Origin: Oopsacas minuta
Lineage: Eukaryota; Animalia; Porifera
DNA: 64,000 bases
Assembly: GCA_024704765.1 (NCBI GenBank)
Contig: JAKMXF010000144.1
Span: forward strand, 558,001 to 622,000
Direction of reading: 5' to 3'
This document shows positions 22,529 to 32,800 of the stretch, in pieces (positions within the stretch are counted from its first letter, which is position 1; each line of letters opens with the position of its first letter). Below the pieces are notes generated by a model, which saw nothing but the letters and a program-made list of their open reading frames with translations, did no database searches and was not told where the DNA came from. The translations under genes were made by a program, and so were the position numbers.

Positions 22529-23272
22529 ATGACAAAGGCAGGCAGTTATTCTCCAAATGCTCTTGCTTTCGAGCATGAGCTAGATGACACATCTCTACAA
22601 GAGCTCTACTCTTGGATAGACTCAATTCCTCTCTCCAGACCGAAGAAGAATATATCTCGGGATTTTAGTGACGGTGTCCTTGCAGCTGAGGTAGTATCTC
22701 ACTTCATTCCCCGATTGGTAGAGTTACATAACTACAGTCCTGCCTCCAGTACAACTCAGAAATTAACAAACTGGCAGACATTGAATAGGAAAGTTCTAGT
22801 CAAAGTAGGTCTAAAGCTTCCTGACGGTACCTTACGTCAGATCGTCAGCTGTCAGCCTGGCTCAGTAGAGATAGCATTGCATAATATTAAACTACGTTTA
22901 GAAGCTACCTTAGCACGTACAAGACATGAGTCACACGGAATCGGAAATTCCTACATGAACCATGCAGGGGAGAGGTATTATGATAATGAAAGAATTTCTG
23001 GTATGCGACCTCCTTACTCATTTGCTGGGTCTGACGGGGTAATAGATAATTACACTGAGATTGAGAAACGGATATTTGCAGCAGAGAAAGATCAAAATTT
23101 CTATGAACAACAAGAAACGATGCATCTTCTACAAATGAAAATCAGACGACTAGAACATCTTGTTAGAATTCGCGATCTTAGAATTGAGCATTTGAGTACA
23201 CAGCTAAGTGAATCAAACCGGAAACTACAAGAATACGACCATGAGAAAAACGTTGCTCAAATTCACCAATAA
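22529..23272 (+). CDS. SPEF1: Sperm flagellar protein 1 (CLAMP; CH domain + coiled coil)
   Basis: LYSWIDSIPLSRPKKNISRDFSDGVLAAEVV...VELHNYSPASSTTQKLTNWQTLNRKV; C-terminal LQMKIRRLEHLVRIRDLRIEHL. Confidence 0.95.
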   Translation: MTKAGSYSPNALAFEHELDDTSLQELYSWIDSIPLSRPKKNISRDFSDGVLAAEVVSHFIPRLVELHNYSPASSTTQKLTNWQTLNRKVLVKVGLKLPDGTLRQIVSCQPGSVEIALHNIKLRLEATLARTRHESHGIGNSYMNHAGERYYDNERISGMRPPYSFAGSDGVIDNYTEIEKRIFAAEKDQNFYEQQETMHLLQMKIRRLEHLVRIRDLRIEHLSTQLSESNRKLQEYDHEKNVAQIHQ

Positions 23273-23926
23273 CATATCCCTTGTCACACCCCGAGTCACT
23301 CCCATCTAACCATGTTCATAGAAGTAAGAGCAACCCTGTCACCACGATGAACTGTTTGAATAGGACAACCTATTCTTATACTATCTGTTTGCTAATTATC
23401 CTACTTCACCAGCACAATATAATAATCACTGAAGTATATGTTAACTGTTTTATGGTTATTATTATATTGGGAGGGATATACACTCTTCTATTTGTTTATA
23501 GAAATATGAGGATTGTAATTTTAGCTCTTATAATTGAATATACAAGTAACCAAAATCAGCTGATCGCTTATCATAGTGGCATAGTCCAACACGTGTCAGA
23601 TACTATAGGGCATTTAATCATAGCAAGTTGAGCAATTTTGGTGAGGTTCTCCAGAAACAGAATTCCTTTAGATTTATCCATTGAGTAGAACTAATCATTC
23701 TATATTTTTGGTTAAATGAATAACTGGATTTTTTAACAAATTTATTCTCTTTATTCAGCACATAAATATATTTTATCTACAACCTGATCACTTCTGTTAT
23801 AACACTACCATCTAATAACCAGGTGAGTTATACATTTATCCGTGAATTACATAACTCACGATTTATCCATACCATCTATATTATTTATTTCTCAATTGTA
23901 GTTGCTACAGATCTCACTATAGCAAT

Positions 23927-26049
23927 ATGGCAGCGGAAGGTAACCACATTAATCCACCTCACGTGGCTATAGAAGACGAATTGACTGAGATAAGACGCTT
24001 ACTAACTCTAATGGTTAACAATCCTGCTACTGATCAGGCTAACATAGCACTAGAAACAATTGTCTACAAATATCACGCTAATCTCCTTCAGCATAGTGAA
24101 GTACTAGCTGCCCGTGAAGTAGTAAGACTGCCTCTAAGACCACCTGATGCAGATCTCCAGCACCAACAACTACAACAGCTGGCTAGGGAGAATGATGAGC
24201 TAACTAACAAATTACGTGAACAAGAGGAAAACATTGATTTGGTAACCGTTAGATTAGTAGAATATTATAAACGTATTTTGAGGCGATTTTATCTTTGTAT
24301 ATTAGTTACATCGTGTAAATAAAGATTGGGAAAACCAGTATAAACGCAATGATGCAAATCATTTGAGGGAAAAGCAACTATTAGAGAAGTCTATTAGAGA
24401 ATTACAGAGTAAGATAGAGTTAATATCCACTATACGATCTGGTGATGATAGTAACCCTCCCCCACAGGAACACATAGTACAGCTTATCAACGAGAAAGAG
24501 GAAGCTCTCAACAAGGCAAGTATTAATAAGAGTGTATCCATGGCTACAGAAGTGTAGACTTATCTGGGAGTTTCATATTATCAGTTCTACATTCAAATAT
24601 TTCTACTGTGTGTTTGTAGGTCAAAGAATTGTTTAATGCTAACAATAAGCTGAAGAAGAAACTAGAAACACAGGAACAATTGATTCAGGAAGATGAACAA
24701 AATGCTGAAGCTGTTGACAAGATGCTGAATGAACTCAAAGATAGATACAAGCAGAAAGAGGCTGAAGAAGCTAAGAATATCTCTGAATACAATGAACTCA
24801 TGACTAGATATAACGAGTTCAAGGACCAGGTTAGATCTCTACTGAACTTATTTTATTTTGTGTGAATCTACCTTATAAATTGTATATTTTCTTGTGGAAT
24901 ATACTGATGAATAGGCATGATTGTACGTAGGTGGAATATTTGTATACAAAGCTATATGATTATTGAACTTTACTCACAATTCTACTAGATAACTAATTTC
25001 ACCAAATTAATACCTACCTACGTATTAATTGATAAATTCTGGACACAACAATTGTGTATTCAAATATATTTCCTTTTACTTCGCACAATCTTGTCTAAAG
25101 TCCCAACGAGTGTCGGTTCAGGCGGGTTCCATTGTATTGTTACGTTGAGTTTAATTTCCACACATATTTTCAGTATGAATCAGCAAAAGTATCAGAAGCA
25201 GATGCAAATACGAAACTAAGAAAATCAGAAGAATCTTTGAAATCTAAAGTGGATGAAATAGAAAAAGCTAAGACAGATTACAGAGCTCTTCAAAAAGTAA
25301 GTCATTTGCAATTTCTCATCAATCTATATGTATGTAGACATGTAGCTGTAGCTTCTATATACATATGTTTAATATTACCCATAAACATTTTATACTATGA
25401 GATGTATTACTCTAGTCCCCATTACCGAGTAATTATTTCCATTTGATGGAGTTTAATGGATGTGCTAATAATTAATCTTATTTTGTTATTACTGGTATAT
25501 AGCTTAATATATTATGGGGTGAGCAATACTGATTAACTAACTGATAATATTACTGGATATAATATGGTTGTTTGTTATAGAAATTGATTCTTAGCTTGTT
25601 GGGAGAAGAAAAGGTTGAACCGAAAAAGGAAACTAAGAAAAAGAAGAAAGTTAGACTACTTAGCAGGAATCCTTATGGGTTAGAGCACTATGATCCAGAA
25701 TTGCTTGATTTTTATCAACCTGACATTGTGAGTGAATTTTTGTATCCGAATTATTTACAGTCAACTCCTGTTATAAATAAATCGAAAAGCTCGCTTAGCG
25801 CAGTACGCTTCTGTACTTTATCTTAACCTTATTCATTATAATATAGGACATAATGGCTCACCGTCACGGATCTCGCAAGCATCGTACTCCTCCGTTATCT
25901 CGATTATCAGAATGGGATCTGGTTTGTTGTATTATCATTTATTTATTGAGACAATATCACTTTATACATTTTGTATATAGGATTATGAAACGCTGGATAC
26001 CCCCCGTTTCGGACACAGAGGCCGATATTATACTATCGATTCAGACTAA
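23927..26049 (+). CDS. Coiled-coil protein, 7 exons, 394 aa; contains a TNIP/ABIN- or CEP55-like motif
   Basis: Exons 23927-24241, 24306-24551, 24620-24829, 25174-25296, 25581-25727, 25847-25921, 25981-26049, all phase 0 GT-AG, 1185 nt. Junction reads NIDL|LHRVNKDWENQY. Confidence 0.7.
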
Positions 26050-26828
26050 TACACTTTACCATACATACAGTCACTAAAAGTACGATTTTGTAGTTCAATC
26101 CTCTTCAATCATCTGTGTACTATCCTCACACAACATTTCTACATTTTTCTTGATTGTAATAATGCACTAGAATTAGTTATACTCTTTCGTGATTTATTCT
26201 CTATCATATATCATTATAATGCACTCATTACACACAAATATTTGTTATTTTATACTATTAGGATGAATTTGTCAGTAAACAACAAAATTGATCCAAATTG
26301 AATAATTATGTAATAGTGACGGTTATACGTCACATTCTGAAACACGTTAGTTCATATGGAAAGTTATTCTGACATTGAAAGTATAACTTAATTATTATAC
26401 AAATTATTAACGAAGGGATAATTCTCTGAAAAGAACTGTTCAAAATTTCCGTTAACTAAATCTAAACTGACTGCAGAGCATATTAGAAATGGCTACAACC
26501 ATAAGCCAGGAAACACCATCAAAAGCACAGAAGATATTAAAGAACTAGAAGTACGAGGATAGATTGAAAGAAATTCGGTCCATTGACAGGCAATTTTACT
26601 TATCTGTTTGTTATAGTCCAAACTACAGTGTAAATATATGCAGTATTGAATTATTTATGTTTTGTTTATCAACTCTTCTTACGACATAATAGAAAGGTTA
26701 TTCAGTTTACTCGAATTATATTATACTTCCCTGGCTAGGATTTCTTAGCATTAAATGTTCGTTGCTTTTGATTTATTTAAGTTCTTTTATGGATAGATTA
26801 ATCCACTATTTTAACAGCTGTAGAAATA

Positions 26829-29800
26829 ATGACTAAAGTATACCTCGAGAGCTCAGAGGGTAAGAAGATTCTGGTTAAGAGAGATCTGCTACAGAATCTC
26901 GGTACTTTGAAGAAACTAGTACAAGGTAATTTATCATTAGTCAATAGACATTGCATTTATTCCAAATGGTTGCAAGATATTTTATTAAACTTAAACTGCA
27001 TTTACATAACTGATTCTACAGATTTAGGTTGTGAGGAAGATGAAGTTATCCCTCTTCCAGCAGTACCAGCTAAAATACTGAAAAAGGTATAATTATTATT
27101 ATCCAACACACGACACATATACACAAAAAATAAATATTAAATTCAACAAAGAGTTTGTATGTATACACCTTTTATTTCTTCTTATAAGCATGCACCGTAT
27201 CAACGAACTTTTTCACGTTACCAATGTCAGTTGTTGGGAATATTCCATTTCCTACATTAGCAATGCATTTATCAGCTCCTAACATTTTAATCATACTCTT
27301 GGTCATTTTTTCTATTTCCTTCTCATCTGCTAGTAACGCTACTGGATCCAAGTTACCCATTAGCACTTTCTTATCTCCTATTTGCTTCCTTGCTATATCT
27401 GGTTCTATTGTCCAGTCAATACCAATGATTTGGTAGTCCAACTTTCCCAATTCTTCTATAGCATAATGTACTCCTTGCAAATATAGCATAATCGGTACAT
27501 CTGATGATAACCTCTGCTTAATTTCCTTTGCTATCTCCTTCAGTTGTGGATAACAGAACTCCATGAACTGCTGCTTACCTAGAATACCAGTTAGTGAATC
27601 TATTAGCATTAGCACCTGAGCTCCTGCTTTGTATTGGTGTATCAGGAAGTCAATAACTACACCCGTTAGGTCGTTCAACAGCTGATGGGAAGTTTCTTTA
27701 TATAGATATAGCCAGGATTTAGCTCGAAACCATTTCGTCTCTCCCAATCCTTCCACGAGGTAGGCGAGAAGAGTCCAGGGTGCGAGAGAGAACCCAATCA
27801 ATGGAACCCTACCATCTAGCTCATAGCTTACTAAACTTATCGTGTCTAAGATCGGTTTCACCTTCTTTTCAACTTCTATATCCTTCTCCAACCTGTCTAT
27901 ATCACCGGGAGTCATTAACGGATTTGTTATTGTGAGATCCCCTCTCTCACTCTGCTCAATTTTTATTCCTAGGATTTTAAGTAAGACAAAAGAATCCGCG
28001 AATATTATAACCGCATCAACATCGAAATATTCCAAAGGCAGCTGAGTTAGTTCACTAGATAGTCTAGCGTTCTGATAAATCGTTTCCAATTTGTTCATGT
28101 TACAAATCTCTGTGAATTTAGGTAGATAGTGCCCGCTCTGTCTCAGCATCCACACTGGTATTTTCTCAACCTTCTCGCCTCTAGCCAGTCGTATTATGAC
28201 GTCATTCTTCAGTTTAGCCGGCGCCTTGGATCTGGTGATTTTCAACAGATTCTCACTACTGTTCATCATTATTTATTGATATTTATTGCTTATTTAAAAT
28301 TAATGGATACTGTATGGTCTATAATGGCTCTAAGATTGTGGTCAGATTACATTGAGCCATTTATCCTGTAATCATACACTAATGGTTGGAATAAACTGCA
28401 ACATAAACACATTCATTTTGCTGTATAGAAAATTATTTATTGCATTATAATCCATTTGTGTATTATTAAGTTCATACATACACACACGTGAACTAATTCT
28501 ATTATTGAGGATGCATAAGCTCTGATAATTAATTATTTGTAATAATCAATTTCTTCTATTCGTATTAATTGTTCTTTCAGATATCACCTGTCTGTCTACG
28601 TTCTATAATTTCCTTTTCGTGATTATTCTTTGGATTTTCTGTTTCCTTTATGCTACAGATTTCGGCTATTTCCCTTCCTTCTGAAATATATTTAAAACTT
28701 GACATTTTCAACATTTAATTGAATATATTATGCTAAAGGTTTTACAATGGTGTGAACATGAGATTCAACTTAATGATACTCAGCTATCTCTCTCTACTTC
28801 TCCTGGCTCCTTAACAACAGCTCATATAGTGAGAGGAGATCGAATAGAGGAGATTTCTTCTCGGATCAGACCTACACAAATTTTACTCAATAAGGATAAG
28901 CCATGGAAAGTTGATAACGATATTTGGGAACAGGAATTTTTGAATAAGAATAAGACTATTTGGCATCCACTTCTATTGGTTTGTTACATTAGAGCATTAT
29001 TTTATATCTTTCCATATTTGTATTCAAGATGTTGACTTTTCGTTGTATTCATTCAATCAGTTATCTGATATTAAAGTGGTTTATATTGCATTAAATTCGT
29101 AACACACAAGTACATTTATCTTTGACACATCTGAAAAATGTGAAAATTGGTGTCATGTCAGTATCTAAGACTATTTTTATTGGGCCAATATATATTATTA
29201 CTATACAGATTCTTGTTATTATTATTCACAATACATGTTTAACACATATAATACTTACACACGAATACTCTAGATGCAGTCTAACTCAATATGAGAATGT
29301 ATCTAGTTTAAACTTTTGTATCTGTCCCTTCTCCTGATCACACACAATGAATACTCCCTCTTCATTAATACAGGTACCATGATAATGATTCGAGTGCCAA
29401 GCGTTTAGCTTTTCTTTACCTAGTTTATAAACTAGCGTCCCTACAGGGTTTGTGACGTATATTACTCCATTGTTTGTGTCTGTCACTACTATATCATCGT
29501 TATCTCCCAATACTAGTCTACCAGTCAATAGACTACTCCTTGGAATATCGAGATATATTTGTTTGTACATTTCTCCAGTTAGCTGATACATATAGATTGA
29601 TGGCAATCCGCTATGTAACACTATAACTTTCCTGTCAATTGTCACTGATACTGAGCATGGATCTTTCAGGTCTCCTTTATTACCGATGAAGTGACTATGT
29701 GAGTGATTGAGTAGCGCCTGCACTCTATTGTGTTTCTGCTCACAAACAAATATATACTTTTTATATACACATAATCCAGTTGGACCGCCCAGTTCATATT

Positions 29801-32800
29801 CTCCAGTTAAATCTTTGCCTATTTCTTTGATGAATCTTCCTTCCTTGTCATACATCTGTATACGGTTCTGGTTTGTAACTGATATATAGAGATGTTTGTC
29901 AGAAACCGCGAGGTCTCCCACGCGAACTCTCGTGCCAAGTGAATGTTTGCAAGATGTATGTTTAATCGGCCTTAAGTTGGAATCTGTTATTTCTATTCCC
30001 TGACTGGATATAATATAATAATCTCCATCACTGTGTTGTCTAATGAAGTACGGCTTGAAGGGTAGGTCGATAAGCTCCTGTGGATAAATACTGCTTGATA
30101 CTGTAATCTCTCCTACATCATCAAATGATACAGGTGGTGACATCTCCTTGGTTGAGAATTTTATTTCCTCAATTTCTGTAACCTTTGAATCGTCGATCTT
30201 TTGGTTAAGAGCTTTCATACAGAATATACGTAAGTTATCTGCTTCGTTACAAATCGGTGTTTCTGACAGTAAACTATTCATCTTTTCCAGATCCTCAACG
30301 AGTTTAGAATGTTCGTTTATCTTTTCATAATAATTCTGCTCTATTCTATCTACGTTATCCAGGAGGATAGTTTTTCTCTTTTGCATCCTTTCTTCAAGTT
30401 CCTCAAAATACTCATGGATTTTCTGTCTAACTTCGTTCCAGTAAGATTTACCTGCCATTTTATTGTGTATATTATTATCCTTAAAATTTAATGAAACTTC
30501 ACCTTTAAATACTAGCAGCAGAACATGTAGCAAGTTTGGTAAAGTGAAACCTTACAACTTTCAGTTTATAAAGAGGTTCCGGCTTCGCATTTAATTATTT
30601 ATCTTTCTACAGACTTCTGAAAATACTTTTTTGGTACTTTTACAGATAAATATTTCTTGAACCTAATTCTTGATATTTATGTGTATTTTCAATTCTGTCA
30701 ACGAACAATGATTTTGTCCGAATTAAACAGGACTAATGACATACAGAAGAACTTTTCTCCAAAACAGATGATCTATTATTATACTAATTGTATAGGAATA
30801 ATATTCGTATAAGACTTACTTCAGTTAGTAGTAGTACGTGGTTGAAGTTTGCCGTCTGTGTATGTCTTATCCAAGTTCTGTAATTCAATTTTTTTAAGGA
30901 AAAATCTATTCGGATAGTACGTACTAAATTTATTTCCTGAAGGCAAGGGTGCCGAATTTCTAACAACTTGTACGATCCAGGGGTCCAGACATATATTTTG
31001 TCTTAGCTAAATGGGGCTGTAACCAAACGAGGTGGGCGGCTCGGGGCCCAACAGCTCTCCCGGGGTTATGCCCCTACTTAAAGGTTGATTTGTACTACAC
31101 TTAGACAATTTACATATAAGGCATCGAACGATCTAAAATAGAAATTATTGAACCCTGAGTCAATTACTTCAGATGCAGGAATTAATTCATGATATTATAA
31201 CGAGCACAGTTATTACTAGAACTATTATTCTGCTAATATTTGTATTTGTCAGTATTTTTATTGAACATAACAATCTATATTATTAAATCTCAATTGTTGT
31301 TTGTTTGTTTGTTTGTTTGTTTGTTTGTCCGTTGTCATGGAAAGGATTTACGGTATGCAATTTTGAAATGGTCGCGTAACTATGTATTTATCGTGTTTAT
31401 CAAGGAAGTAAATAGAATTCAATAAAACTGCACTAAACATATCGAACGTGCTGAATCCGATTTTGACACTTTTGGATTAATCATATGTAAATTTATTGTT
31501 GTTTTTATGAATATAAAGTAAACAAATAAGCAAAATCTCATAATTCACGTAGATACTTGCTCTCAACGGCTCCAAAGGGGGTTGATCTTACAAAATAATT
31601 CAATAATATATATACCATATATGTATATTTGTGAATTACATTACGTTATAAATAAAGTTCAACTTATGAGGTGAATAATTGTTAATTTGAAAATTCGTAG
31701 TTGGAATTAAGAAATAATATAAAAGTGAGTATTTAAGTTAACAATACTATTGTTTATAGTACTGAGAGGATCCTATTCATTGGAGAGGTGTTGGGTAGAT
31801 TGTCCCTCCTCTTCTTGGTGCTGATCCCCTTACTCTTTCCTTCTGCCTCTGAGAGCCTAAATGTGAGATCAGCTGCTGGGTCATCATCTCCATGTAGTCC
31901 ATGTCCCATTCCAAACGGTCGAAGTTGTTGTTGCCGCATTTTCGCATTTTCGAATTCTCGCTGCTTCTTTATTTTTATCATTTCCTTCTCATGAATTTGT
32001 TGTCTCAGTTCCATGAAAGATACCTCAATATCTTCCCCTTTATGCTGCTCCTTGAATGTCTGATACTCCATCCAGTATGAGAATATTACTCGGAACATCT
32101 CAGCTTGAGGCTCACGGAATAAATAAGGACCTACAGGTTTCCTTTGCAGTTTCTCCACCATTTCTTGACTCAAATCTACTTGTATTTTAGGTGGAACTTT
32201 GCTTTGTAGGAAACAATTTACAATGACATTTATCTTCAACTGTAATACAGCTTCTGGCGTGTGTGCATGACATAACTCTTTATAACGTTGTATTTCTAAC
32301 CAGAAATTCAGGTCATTCTTCAAATGTTCATCTTTGCTACTTTTCAGCTCAATAAATGTCTCAAACGGTTTACAAGTGATCGGGTTTAGTATTGCTTTAC
32401 GACAGTTGATTATATCTCTACTGTTAGTCATCCATCTACTCTCGAATATTTTGCTTTTCCACTCGTCCTGACTTCCTGCCACTCCCCCACCTTCTTTCTG
32501 ATGTTGCTGTTGTAATGGGGCTCTATAGTGGTCCTGACCTGGATACATGTACTGCAAGAACTCCCGTGTCTTTACGAATACAGGTAACCATCTGTGTTCT
32601 AATCTAGCTTGTACTTGTTTTTGTCCCTCGATCAGAACCGGGGTAGGGGGACGTTGTGGCACCTTACGTCCTAGACCTCCCAGCATAATCATTCTATTCT
32701 GGGCTTCCTTACTCGCTGGGCTGTTTAATCCGAAGTAATAGTTCTTTGTTAAATACTGCGAACGAATAAGTTTAGCTTTCGCATTCCTTAACTTTGACTC

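Noticed and set aside
23281-23631. 116-aa ORF right after SPEF1 as a readthrough or frameshift extension
   Set aside because: Different frame, non-ATG start, AT-rich Ile/Leu-biased composition typical of a 3'UTR, and no slippery or readthrough signal.
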